DNA from: Coraliomargarita sp.
GTDB taxonomy: Bacteria > Verrucomicrobiota > Verrucomicrobiia > Opitutales > Coraliomargaritaceae
Assembly: GCA_965216325.1 (NCBI GenBank)
Contig: OZ244160.1
Span: 2,880,001-2,944,000 of the forward strand
DNA length: 64,000 nt
Direction: 5' to 3'
Position numbers and translations under genes: made by a program. This document shows positions 50,447 to 60,776 of the stretch, in pieces; position 1 is the stretch's first letter; every line of letters begins with the position of its first letter. Under the pieces are notes generated by a model, which was not told where the DNA came from, ran no database searches, and saw only the letters and a list, made by a program, of their open reading frames with translations.

Positions 50447-51223
50447 ATGATCTCCACCCTCGGACGTTACGGGCTACGCGTTGTGCATGAGCTCGGTGAA
50501 ATCAGCCTATTTGGGCTGGCGTCGTTTGTGGGCTTTGGCCGTCAGCGTCATCGGCTGTCGAAGTTTTTGTTGGCAGTGCATGAGATTGGTATGCGTTGCC
50601 TGACGATTGTGGCGGTTGTTGGTTTATTCACCGGCTTAGTGATGGGGCTACAGCTTTACTATACGCTGGTTAAGTTTGGTGCTGAAGGAGCTTTAGGAAC
50701 CGCAGTGGCCCTTTCACTGATTCGTGAGTTGGGGCCAGTGTTGACTGCCTTGATGGTGGTGGGGCAAGCGGGTTCGGCAATGGCTTCGGAGTTAGGCATT
50801 CAGCGTAACGATGAGCAGATTGATGCCTTACAGACGATGAGCATTGAGCCCAAGGGCTACTTGGTTGGGCCGCGTTTGTGGGCTGCTTTGGTGTGTTTTC
50901 CGATTCTGACCTCGGTGTTTGATTTGATTGGAATGTTCGGTGGCTACCTGACCGGTTCGGTGCTGCTGAATGTCGATGGTGGTGTGTATTGGAATAGCGC
51001 ATACGAAAGCGTTATCTTTAAGGATGTATATGGTGGTTTTATCAAAGCACTGGTCTTTGGTTTACTGACCATTTCGATTTGCTCGTATCGAGGCTTTAAT
51101 ACACACCGTAAGGCATCGAGCCGTGGTGTGCGTGGGGTCAGTGAGTCGGCGACCCGGGCGGTTGTCTGGTCGAGCGTGGCGGTGCTGGCATCGGACTATC
51201 TGATTACCTCTTTCTTACTCTAG
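50447..51223 (+). CDS. mlaE: MlaE lipid ABC transporter permease
   Basis: IRELGPVLTAL, EQIDAL, GVSESATRAVV. Confidence 0.93.
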   Translation: MISTLGRYGLRVVHELGEISLFGLASFVGFGRQRHRLSKFLLAVHEIGMRCLTIVAVVGLFTGLVMGLQLYYTLVKFGAEGALGTAVALSLIRELGPVLTALMVVGQAGSAMASELGIQRNDEQIDALQTMSIEPKGYLVGPRLWAALVCFPILTSVFDLIGMFGGYLTGSVLLNVDGGVYWNSAYESVIFKDVYGGFIKALVFGLLTISICSYRGFNTHRKASSRGVRGVSESATRAVVWSSVAVLASDYLITSFLL

Positions 51224-51224
51224 C

Positions 51225-52001
51225 ATGTCCGACGCCTTCCTAAAAATTGCTGATCTTTATAAGTACTTTGGCGAAAACAAGGTGCTGGACGGAGTCGGGT
51301 TGGATGTGGCCAAAGGCAAGGTGACCACGATTATTGGGAAGAGTGGCATGGGCAAGTCAGTCTTGCTCAAGTGTATTGCCGATATCATTACACCGGACAG
51401 TGGTGTCATTGAGCTCAATGGTAAGCCGATCAAGCAGACGCGCCGCGCGGCTAGTGAAGGGCATGTCTCGTTTAGCTTCATGTTTCAGAACAATGCCTTG
51501 TTCGATTCGCTGACAGCCTTTGAAAATGTGGCTTTGCCACTACGTGAAGCGAGTCGGTTGAAGCGTGGCGAGATTCGTGAGAAGGTGGAAGATTTGCTCA
51601 CGCAGATGGACTTGAAGGATGCGATGCATCGTTTTCCCGGAGAACTTTCTGGCGGTATGAAGAAGCGTGTGGCCTTTGCGCGTGCCTTAGTGACCGACCC
51701 GCAGATCGTGATGTTTGACGAGCCAACCACCGGCCTGGATCCAGAGCGTAAGTTTGGGGTGTTTGATCTGATTGCTGAATATCGCGAACGTTTTGGCTTC
51801 ACGGCGGTATTGGTGAGCCACGATATCCCGGAAGTTTTTGAGATTAGTGATTACGTGGCTTGGCTGGACTCGGGCAAGATTCGCTTCTTTGGAGACCCGC
51901 AGGAGCTGAGTGCAAGCGAGGACGCCGAAGTCGTTGAATTTTTAAGCAAAGCAAAATTTGGTCAGTCCAATCGACCGAAATCTACAGGAGGTGGCTTATG
52001 A
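51225..52001 (+). CDS. mlaF: MlaF ABC ATPase
   Basis: GKSGMGKS, LSGGMKKRVAFARA, DEPTTGLDP. Confidence 0.93.
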   Translation: MSDAFLKIADLYKYFGENKVLDGVGLDVAKGKVTTIIGKSGMGKSVLLKCIADIITPDSGVIELNGKPIKQTRRAASEGHVSFSFMFQNNALFDSLTAFENVALPLREASRLKRGEIREKVEDLLTQMDLKDAMHRFPGELSGGMKKRVAFARALVTDPQIVMFDEPTTGLDPERKFGVFDLIAEYRERFGFTAVLVSHDIPEVFEISDYVAWLDSGKIRFFGDPQELSASEDAEVVEFLSKAKFGQSNRPKSTGGGL

Positions 52002-52456
52002 TGAACCGTAAGATTGAATTTTTCGCCGGACTATTTGTGTTGGCAGGCTTGGTTGCCGTGCTCTATCTCGCCTTGCAGGTGGGTAGTGCACGCTTCTTCA
52101 ACAACGACAGCTATCAACTACAGGCGCGTTTCTCGAGTGCCGCGGGGGTGAATGCCGGAAGCCGCATTGAGATCGCCGGCGTTCGCGTCGGCACGGTGCG
52201 CAGCGTGGTGCTGAACGATGATTTTTATGCGATTGTGACGCTGGAGCTGCCGAAACGTATCGAGTTGGATGATGACACGATCGCGTCGGTGAAAACTGCA
52301 GGCTTGATAGGTGACCGCTATATCAACCTTTCGCCCGGTGGTTCGGGTTTCCCGCTGGAGCCGGGAGACACTATTGTGGACACCGAATCCGCTCTGGATA
52401 TCGAAAGTCTGATTAGCCGATTTGCGATGGGCGGGATTGACGGCGGCAAAGAGTAG
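51998..52456 (+). CDS. mlaD: MlaD (MCE domain)
   Basis: IAGVRVGTV, TAGLIGDRYINLSPG. Confidence 0.93.
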   Translation: MMNRKIEFFAGLFVLAGLVAVLYLALQVGSARFFNNDSYQLQARFSSAAGVNAGSRIEIAGVRVGTVRSVVLNDDFYAIVTLELPKRIELDDDTIASVKTAGLIGDRYINLSPGGSGFPLEPGDTIVDTESALDIESLISRFAMGGIDGGKE

Positions 52457-52475
52457 CCTAGACTCAGCTTCTAAT

Positions 52476-53099
52476 ATGAAGACATTCTACCTATTGGCTG
52501 CCCTGTTTCTTTCTGCCTGTCTGCTTCCAGCTCAGGCAGGAGAGGCTCCTGACGTTAAACTAAAAGCAACCATCAGTAAGGCACTGGATGTGTTTTATGG
52601 TGCTGGCGCTGAGGCTTCGAGCCCCGAGGAAAAGCGCGAGCAAATTCGAAGTATTCTCAGTGAAAGCTATGAACTGAGTGTGATTGTGCGCCGTGCGATG
52701 GGGCGCAACTGGAACCAACTGAGTGAATCTCAGCAGCTGGAAGTCTTGGATCTGTTTGAGCAATTGGTGGTGAAAGTCACGTATGAGGGCCTCACGGGAA
52801 CTGCTGAGCCTCAGATAAGCTATGGTGCATTGGTCACTGTGACCGATAAGCGAGTGGAGGTGCCGTCCACTGTGACCGCCGATGGAAAAACCTATAACTT
52901 GGTGTATCGACTTGGGCTGCTACAGTCTGGTTGGCAGATCTATGATATTGTTGCTGAGGATATTAGCTTGGTCTCCAACTACCGTCAGCAGTTTGATGAT
53001 CATTTTCGCCGTAGTGACGGCGCTGCCTTGGTTGCGAAACTGAAAGAACTTTTGAACAAAGAAACCCTGGATCTAGATACTCATGAACTCTCACTATAA
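52476..53099 (+). CDS. mlaC: MlaC/Ttg2D phospholipid shuttle
   Basis: Signal peptide; RAMGRNW, WQIYDIVAEDISLVSNYRQQF. Confidence 0.9.
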   Translation: MKTFYLLAALFLSACLLPAQAGEAPDVKLKATISKALDVFYGAGAEASSPEEKREQIRSILSESYELSVIVRRAMGRNWNQLSESQQLEVLDLFEQLVVKVTYEGLTGTAEPQISYGALVTVTDKRVEVPSTVTADGKTYNLVYRLGLLQSGWQIYDIVAEDISLVSNYRQQFDDHFRRSDGAALVAKLKELLNKETLDLDTHELSL

Positions 53100-53823
53100 G
53101 AAAACCGCCTACCTTCTTGCCTTTGCGGCTGCCAGCTCAACTCTTGCCGCAGAGGAGACTCTTTCAGACGAGGAATTCTTTGAGGAAGATCTCGAAGGTG
53201 TCGTTGAAGTCAGTGATCCTATCGAGCCGGTAAATCGTGTGATCTTTAAGTTCAACGATTTCTTTATTACGCACGTAATGACGCCTGTTTCGAAAGGCTA
53301 TAAAGCAATAACGACTAAGACGATTCGTCAGGGGGCGGATAATTTTTTCTACAACCTTCGCTATCCGGTGCGTGTGAGTGGCAACCTGCTTCAAGCTCGC
53401 TTTGATGGTGCATGGACTGAAACACGTCGTTTCGCGCTGAACTCGACTGCCGGCTTGGCTGGTGTGCTTGACCTTGCAAGCGAGACGGAAGGTCTTGAGA
53501 AGATCCCTAGTGAGGACGTTGCGCAAGCGTTTGCGTCTTGGGGCATTGGTGAAGGCCCGTATCTCGTGATTCCATTCATCGGTCCATCGAATGCGCGTGA
53601 TGGTCTCGGTTTAATCGGTGATAATGCTGTGCATCCATTTACCGAGCCGTTTTCTGTTCTGGATGACTGGGAGTGGCGTGTGGCATATGTGGCTTCCGAT
53701 GTAATCGTGAATAGCGAGGGCTTGATCAAAGGCTATGAGCAAATGAAGGGCAATTCGGTCGACCCTTACTCTGCAGTGAAGAACGCTTATACGCAGCATC
53801 GCCGTGCGCGTAACGCTGACTAA
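53083..53823 (+). CDS. mlaA: MlaA/VacJ family protein
   Basis: DPIEPVNRVIFKFN, RFALNSTAG, WGIGEGPYLVIPFIGPSNARD, DPYSAVK. Confidence 0.92.
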   Translation: MNSHYKKTAYLLAFAAASSTLAAEETLSDEEFFEEDLEGVVEVSDPIEPVNRVIFKFNDFFITHVMTPVSKGYKAITTKTIRQGADNFFYNLRYPVRVSGNLLQARFDGAWTETRRFALNSTAGLAGVLDLASETEGLEKIPSEDVAQAFASWGIGEGPYLVIPFIGPSNARDGLGLIGDNAVHPFTEPFSVLDDWEWRVAYVASDVIVNSEGLIKGYEQMKGNSVDPYSAVKNAYTQHRRARNAD

Positions 53824-53861
53824 GCAGGCTTCGGTAGTCCGCTTTTTGAGAGGGTGCAGGC

Positions 53862-54302
53862 TTAGTCCTGCGCCCTTTTTTCTTCTTCAAAGGAGAGATC
53901 GTCGCAGTCCTCGGGACGATTTGCATGCAGCTCACTGGGCAAACAGATGTAGTAGATCATCAGCCACCAGCTCCAAGTGCTGCGGTAGAGAAGTATGGGT
54001 AGTAGCACTGCCCCGCCCAGACCAAGTGCAAGAGCCAGCTTGACTGAAAGCCAGCCCGCGAATCCGGCGAGCAGGGTTGGGGCTACGATGCAGATCGCGA
54101 TCAGCCCGTAGTTGATACACAGCGGGCCCAGATAGTAGCCATCGCCGCGCTCTAAGGTCATGCCACAACTGGGGCAGCGGTGATGGATTTTGAGGAAGCT
54201 GCGAAAGAGTTTCGATTCGCCACAGTTTGGGCAACGTCCACTCAGTCCCCGTCGAATTAGGTCACTGGTCGTCACTCTGGGCTGTGGTTCGAGGTCGTTC
54301 AT
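53862..54302 (-). CDS. DUF983 family membrane protein
   Basis: RGLSGRCPNCGESKLF..CPSCG followed by two TM segments. Confidence 0.8.
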   Translation of the reverse strand: MNDLEPQPRVTTSDLIRRGLSGRCPNCGESKLFRSFLKIHHRCPSCGMTLERGDGYYLGPLCINYGLIAICIVAPTLLAGFAGWLSVKLALALGLGGAVLLPILLYRSTWSWWLMIYYICLPSELHANRPEDCDDLSFEEEKRAQD

Positions 54303-55087
54303 TCGAAATAGCGCTTGAAGTTGTCTGCTATTTGCTCGGCGAGTGTCTCTGTGTTGCTGCCGCGTATCTTAGCAATGGCTTCGTAGCCGCAGCGTAAGTT
54401 GGCAGGGTGGCAGAGTTGCGAGTCGCTGAGTTCAAATTCGCGAAACTGCTCAGTTGGCAGGAAGTCGGGGGCATCGGTCTCGATGAGGAGTCGTTCGGCA
54501 GGGATGGCTCGAATGCGCTCCCGAACTTGAGTCTTGGCTGGCTTGAGTTGGCCGGCGTTGAAAGAGAAATACGCACCCAGTTCAACGAGCTCGGGAAGGA
54601 GTTCGATGGGTCCGTTGTAGGCGTGGATGTGGATCCCGCGTGTGGGTAGATCTACATGGCGCAGGCTGTCCATTAGGGGGCCGATGGCGCGCAGGCAGTG
54701 TATGGAGCAGGGGAGGTTGTGTTCGTGTGCAAGGCCGAGTTGGAAGCGAAAGGCAGCCTGCTGCTGTTCGATGTCGTGGTCTTCGATCCATTTATCCAAA
54801 CCGATCTCACCGATGGCTTCTGCGCCCTGATCCAGCGCTGAGAGCAATTGCTGCTGCCAATCCTCGGGTGCGGTATTGACCTTCCATGGGTGGAGGCCGA
54901 TGGCTGGGATAATGGCTGGCTGGCTGTGTGCGAGGGCTAAGACCGCTGGCCAGTCCTCGGGGGAGGTGCCGACGACTACTGCTTTGCCCAGATCAATCTC
55001 CGCATAGCGTGCCCATATCTCGTCCTGATGCGCAAGCAGTGACGCATCCGCAAGGTGGACATGGGCATCATAGAGTGGGGCTGGCAT
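54299..55087 (-). CDS. tatD: TatD family DNase
   Basis: DAHVHL, GLHPW, IGEIGLD, IHC, IETDAPD. Confidence 0.92.
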   Translation of the reverse strand: MPAPLYDAHVHLADASLLAHQDEIWARYAEIDLGKAVVVGTSPEDWPAVLALAHSQPAIIPAIGLHPWKVNTAPEDWQQQLLSALDQGAEAIGEIGLDKWIEDHDIEQQQAAFRFQLGLAHEHNLPCSIHCLRAIGPLMDSLRHVDLPTRGIHIHAYNGPIELLPELVELGAYFSFNAGQLKPAKTQVRERIRAIPAERLLIETDAPDFLPTEQFREFELSDSQLCHPANLRCGYEAIAKIRGSNTETLAEQIADNFKRYFE

Positions 55088-55095
55088 CTGGTCTT

Positions 55096-55200
55096 TTACA
55101 GAATAATTTTGGACAGACGAAGCTTTGCGAAGATGGCAGAGCAATAATTTCTTACCTGACGTAAGCGCAGATAATGATTCTGTCCAAAATTATTCTGTAA
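55096..55200. repeat. Perfect 22-bp inverted repeat with 61-bp spacer (MITE-like)
   Basis: TTACAGAATAATTTTGGACAGA (55096-55117) / TCTGTCCAAAATTATTCTGTAA (55179-55200). Confidence 0.85.
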
Positions 55201-55218
55201 TAATCCGTAGGATCGGCC

Positions 55219-55638
55219 TCAAGCCTCAGTCTGGCAAGATTGTGCGAAGCGTTGCACGGATTCGACGATACGGCTGAGGCCATTGCGGCGATTCGGCGAT
55301 AGGTGCTGCGTGATGCCAACCTCACCGAGAAAGCTCGCGTCGTTGGCGATGATATCCTCAGGAGTCGCCTCGCTGTAGAAAGTACACAGCAGACTGGCGA
55401 TACCTTTAACGATCGCGGAGTCGGACTCGGAGCGGAAGTAGCAGAGGCCGTCCTTGAACTCAGGCACCACCCAAAGTTGCGACATGCAGCCTTCGATCTT
55501 GAAGCTGTCGATGCGTAGATCCTCAGGAAGCCCCTCGGCCTTCTTGCCGAGTTCGACGATGTGCCCCAGGCGCTCATAGGCGTCGGGGATCAAGTTGATC
55601 TCTTCAACGAGGTCGTTTTGTTTCTCTGCTAAAGACAT
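55219..55638 (-). CDS. sufE: SufE family sulfur acceptor
   Basis: IEGCMSQLW, SDSAIVKG, HLSPNRRNGL. Confidence 0.93.
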   Translation of the reverse strand: MSLAEKQNDLVEEINLIPDAYERLGHIVELGKKAEGLPEDLRIDSFKIEGCMSQLWVVPEFKDGLCYFRSESDSAIVKGIASLLCTFYSEATPEDIIANDASFLGEVGITQHLSPNRRNGLSRIVESVQRFAQSCQTEA

Positions 55639-55760
55639 GGGGTGAGGATATAGACGCTCCTTTGGCCCTGTGAGAAGCCCAAAAATTCAACGATTACAGA
55701 AGAATGGCTTCCAAATTTGCCAAGCTTTTGAGCAGCGATTAGATAAATACTTTCCAAAGC

Positions 55761-57302
55761 ATGCTTACGATGAGGTTATTAATCGCAGTTTTCAGTTTGG
55801 GTTTACTGATTGGTTTCTGCGGCTGTGCTTCAGTGGATTTCGACTATCCCAAAGAGGAGTCGGTCGCGGTTGAGCCGGACCCGGTCCGACTGCTCTGGAG
55901 CGAGGCACCGCAATTGCACGCGGGGAGTGCGCATTTCCATATGGTTTCCGATGGAATTGATGCACTGGCCCTACGGATGCTCTTGGCGCACAAAGCGGAG
56001 CATACGATCGATGTGCAGTACTATCTGATTAAGGATGACATCATTGGATACGCCTTTATAGGCGCGCTGATCAACGCGGCAGATCGTGGTGTGCGTGTGC
56101 GGATGCTACTGGATGATAATTTAACTCAAGGCTTTGAGGAGGTCTTTGCCGCATTGGATGCACACCCTCATTTTGACTTGAGGATCTTTAACCCCTTTGC
56201 GCGACGGTCGATGCGCGTGCTCGATGGTGTGACTGACTTTTCGCGAGTGAATCGACGGATGCATAATAAGACCTTCATCGTCGATAATGAGTATGTCATC
56301 ATCGGCGGCCGGAATATTGCGTCTGAGTATTTTGGGGCGAACGAGTCAGAGCGTTTCAGCGACTTGGATGTCTTAGCGCTTGGACCCGTGGTCAATGATG
56401 CTTCAGACATGTTTGATTCCTATTGGAATCATCAGCTGTCCTTGCCGGTGCCTGCCTTTTACCGCCATCGTTTTGATGGCGAAGCGATGCTTCTGGCGCT
56501 ACGTGAGGACATTGATGCTGTGCTCAACGACAAGGATGATCGCCGAGCCTATCGCGAAGCGGCCAAGGCGCGCTATGATTATTTTGCCGAGTCGGATGCC
56601 TCGATTTTTGCAGCTGCGCCGTATCAACTGGTGTTTGATTCCCCGGATAAAGGTGAGAAAGCGCTGGCGGATGAAGCCTTGTCGATTCGAGCACCGCTGC
56701 GTGCTGCGGTTGAATCTGCAACTGAGGAGCTAATCGTCGTCTCGCCATACTTCATTCCTTTAAAAGATACCATCGATGAGCTGATCGCGATCGACCAGTC
56801 TGGTGTCCGAATCATCATTGTCACGAACTCCTTGACCGCGAACAACCATCTACTGGTGCACAGTGGGTATGCGCCGATACGCAAACCCTTGCTGCGCGGT
56901 GGCGTCGAAATGTTTGAAGCGCGCTACGACATCGAAGTTGCGGGCTCGCAGTATGTGGCCACCGAGAAGACCTTAACGACGCTGCACACGAAGGCCTTCA
57001 TCGTGGACCGCGAGAAGATTTTTGTCGGCTCGTTTAATTTTGATCCGCGCTCAGCCTATATCAACACTGAGTCCGGTGTGATCATTGATTCGCCCGAGAT
57101 CGTGGCACCGTTGGTCGAGCGCTTTGAGGAGATCATTCCACAGCATGCGTATGAGTTGTTCTTGAATGAGAGGGGCCATTTGACCTGGCGGACAGAGATC
57201 GACGGTGAAGTGGTCGAGTATAAGACCGATCCCGAGGCCAGCCTATGGCAGCGTATGCTCGCGGGGATGCTGGGGTGGTTGCCGATTGATAAACAGCTGT
57301 AG
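55761..57302 (+). CDS. Phospholipase D family protein (ClsC/YmdC-like), probable lipoprotein
   Basis: IDVQYY, NRRMHNKTFIVD, GGRNI, LHTKAFIVD, GSFNFDPRS..NTE. Confidence 0.9.
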   Translation: MLTMRLLIAVFSLGLLIGFCGCASVDFDYPKEESVAVEPDPVRLLWSEAPQLHAGSAHFHMVSDGIDALALRMLLAHKAEHTIDVQYYLIKDDIIGYAFIGALINAADRGVRVRMLLDDNLTQGFEEVFAALDAHPHFDLRIFNPFARRSMRVLDGVTDFSRVNRRMHNKTFIVDNEYVIIGGRNIASEYFGANESERFSDLDVLALGPVVNDASDMFDSYWNHQLSLPVPAFYRHRFDGEAMLLALREDIDAVLNDKDDRRAYREAAKARYDYFAESDASIFAAAPYQLVFDSPDKGEKALADEALSIRAPLRAAVESATEELIVVSPYFIPLKDTIDELIAIDQSGVRIIIVTNSLTANNHLLVHSGYAPIRKPLLRGGVEMFEARYDIEVAGSQYVATEKTLTTLHTKAFIVDREKIFVGSFNFDPRSAYINTESGVIIDSPEIVAPLVERFEEIIPQHAYELFLNERGHLTWRTEIDGEVVEYKTDPEASLWQRMLAGMLGWLPIDKQL

Positions 57303-57421
57303 ATGCTCCACTTGTGGATGCATTTTCCGATTGTTTTGGATTTGGAAACCGAGGGTAACCAATTTGAAGCGGTATAAGAAGACGAAGTGATACACAAGTG
57401 CGCGCGCTACCATACTGAGGC

Positions 57422-57457
57422 ACAAAAAAGCCCGACCGTTTTCGGTCGGGCTTTGTG
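57422..57457 (-). terminator. Rho-independent terminator of eno (possibly bidirectional)
   Basis: AAAAAAGCCCGACCG-TTTT-CGGTCGGGCTTT. Confidence 0.85.
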
Positions 57458-57477
57458 TAAATCTAAACGACGAGGTC

Positions 57478-58833
<1,356 letters not shown>

Positions 58834-58971
58834 TCAAAGCAGGCACCTGTTGTGTGGTTGCGGAGCCAACTGTCAACGCTTCCCCGATAAGTATTCTTTA
58901 TGATAAGGAGGAGGTGTGGCTAATGATAAGTTTTGCTAATTTTGATATGGATCCAAATTAGATTTTGGTTT

Positions 58972-59037
58972 GTAGCACAGGCGTCTCGCCTGTGTTCTTC
59001 TCGGGCAGGAATGCAACAGGCAAGATGCCTGTTCTAC
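58972..59037. repeat. GTAG-type REP doublet, family A
   Basis: GTAGCACAGGCGTCTCGCCTGTG...ACAGGCAAGATGCCTGTTCTAC. Confidence 0.85.
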
Positions 59038-59047
59038 TTCGCGAAGC

Positions 59048-59081
59048 ACAAAAAAGCTCCGGTGGTGACAACCGGAGCTTT
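59048..59081 (-). terminator. Rho-independent terminator
   Basis: AAAAAAGCTCCGGT-GGTGACA-ACCGGAGCTTT. Confidence 0.8.
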
Positions 59082-59104
59082 GGGAAATGATGTGTGTTCG
59101 GAAA

Positions 59105-59791
59105 CTACAGACCTTGGCGGATGTAGAAGTCGAGGCGCTGCTGCCATTGGCTGCCGAGTGGCATACCAGCAACTTGATCCGCGTAGCTGTCGAATACGGC
59201 CTTTTCACCCTTGGTGTAGGCGTCGACTGCGAGGTGGTAAGCGGCTTCGGCACGAACCGCTTCAGATGCGTTGCTGTCCGATGCGAGGCTGCTCAGAGCT
59301 GCGAGCGCTTGGTCGGCTTGGTCTGCATTGAAGAGTGCAAATGCTTGGCCGAGTTGTGCGCGGTCGGCGAGGGAGTAGCCGTCGAGTGCGCTGGCAGCAA
59401 TACCGTAGAACTCGATTGCGGTATCAAATTCGCCAGCGGAGTAGGCTTCGTCGGCGACAGTAAGTGCTGCGAAACCGCCGAGGGACTTGTCGCTGTTCGC
59501 CTTGGCGAAGTCAGCAAGCGTTTCAGTGGCTTTGGCTTCATTGAAGGCTGCCTGAAGCTTAGCGTCGGCACTGTCCTTATACATACGCAGGCCGTTGATG
59601 CCAACGAGCACAGCACAGAGGAGGAGGAAGCAGCCGATGATGAAGCCCTTATTTTCCATCCAGTAGATGGCTGCACGGTCTTCAAAGGAAATTTCTACGG
59701 ACTCCTCGGTGTCGATGAGGTTACGCTCGTCGACGACATTCTCTTCGCCGAGTAATGGGTCCTGATTCTTCTTTTTCTTGGGTCGGTTCAT
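59105..59791 (-). CDS. YfgM-like TPR membrane-anchored protein
   Basis: WMENKG plus one TM, then TPR-like helices. Confidence 0.7.
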   Translation of the reverse strand: MNRPKKKKNQDPLLGEENVVDERNLIDTEESVEISFEDRAAIYWMENKGFIIGCFLLLCAVLVGINGLRMYKDSADAKLQAAFNEAKATETLADFAKANSDKSLGGFAALTVADEAYSAGEFDTAIEFYGIAASALDGYSLADRAQLGQAFALFNADQADQALAALSSLASDSNASEAVRAEAAYHLAVDAYTKGEKAVFDSYADQVAGMPLGSQWQQRLDFYIRQGL

Positions 59792-59831
59792 GACAAAGTT
59801 GGTAAATTAAAGAGGGGAAATTGGTAGGTTC

Positions 59832-60683
59832 TTAGTCAAAGACAACGGTTTTATTGTGGTAGACCAAAATGCGATTATCCAGGTGCAGACGAATCGCTTG
59901 GGCGAACACCGACTTTTCGAGGTCTTTGCCCTTGCGGACGAGATCGGCGACCGCGTTGCGGTGATTGATACGTGTCACGTCTTGGTGGATGATCGGGCCT
60001 TCGTCGAGGTCGGCAGTCGCGTAGTGCGCAGTGGCACCGATCAGCTTTACTCCACGGGTGTGGGCTTGGTGATAGGGCTTACCGCCGGCGAAAGCTGGCA
60101 GGAAGGAGTGGTGGATGTTGATTACCGGGCAGCCAACTTTTGCGAGGAAATCGTCGGATAAGACCTGCATGTAGCGCGCCATCACAACGAGCTCACAGTT
60201 GTATTGCTGCACGATCTCGATCTGCTTGGCTTCGGCCTCCGGCTTAGTCTCCTTAGTAACCGGCACGTGGTAGAACGGTAGCTCGTAGCGCTCGGCTTCA
60301 GTGCGCAGTGCCTCATGATTCGAAACGATACAGGCCAGCTCACCCGCCATTTCACCCGCGCGGAAGCGCAGGATGGTGTCGTGGAAGCAATGGTCGATCT
60401 TGGAAACGAACAGTGCAACTTTCGGCTTGTCGGTGGAAAGCGCTACGGACACTTCCATGCCGAGCTCTTCCGATGCAAACTTCTTGAAAGATGCCGCTTC
60501 CTCGTCGATTTGTCCGGACGGCGCCCATTCGACACGTTGGAAGAAAATATTGGCTTCCTGATCCTTGTGCTGATCCGCGTGGTGAATGTTACTGCCACGC
60601 AGGAAGATCCAGCTGGATACTCGGGAAACCAGTCCCGGTTGATCCGGGCCAGAAAGTAGGGCGATGATGGTCTGCGGTTTCAT
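59832..60683 (-). CDS. purU: Formyltetrahydrofolate deformylase
   Basis: ACT domain GPDQPGLV; ARYMQVLS, INIHHSFLPAF, DLDEGPII. Confidence 0.97.
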   Translation of the reverse strand: MKPQTIIALLSGPDQPGLVSRVSSWIFLRGSNIHHADQHKDQEANIFFQRVEWAPSGQIDEEAASFKKFASEELGMEVSVALSTDKPKVALFVSKIDHCFHDTILRFRAGEMAGELACIVSNHEALRTEAERYELPFYHVPVTKETKPEAEAKQIEIVQQYNCELVVMARYMQVLSDDFLAKVGCPVINIHHSFLPAFAGGKPYHQAHTRGVKLIGATAHYATADLDEGPIIHQDVTRINHRNAVADLVRKGKDLEKSVFAQAIRLHLDNRILVYHNKTVVFD

Positions 60684-60776
60684 TGCAAAGGCGCAGAACA
60701 AGGAGAAATTTGACTTAGATCAAGTTGATATCGCGCGGTAGTGCAGATTGGGCCGTGGATTGCTAATTGCGAGCGA

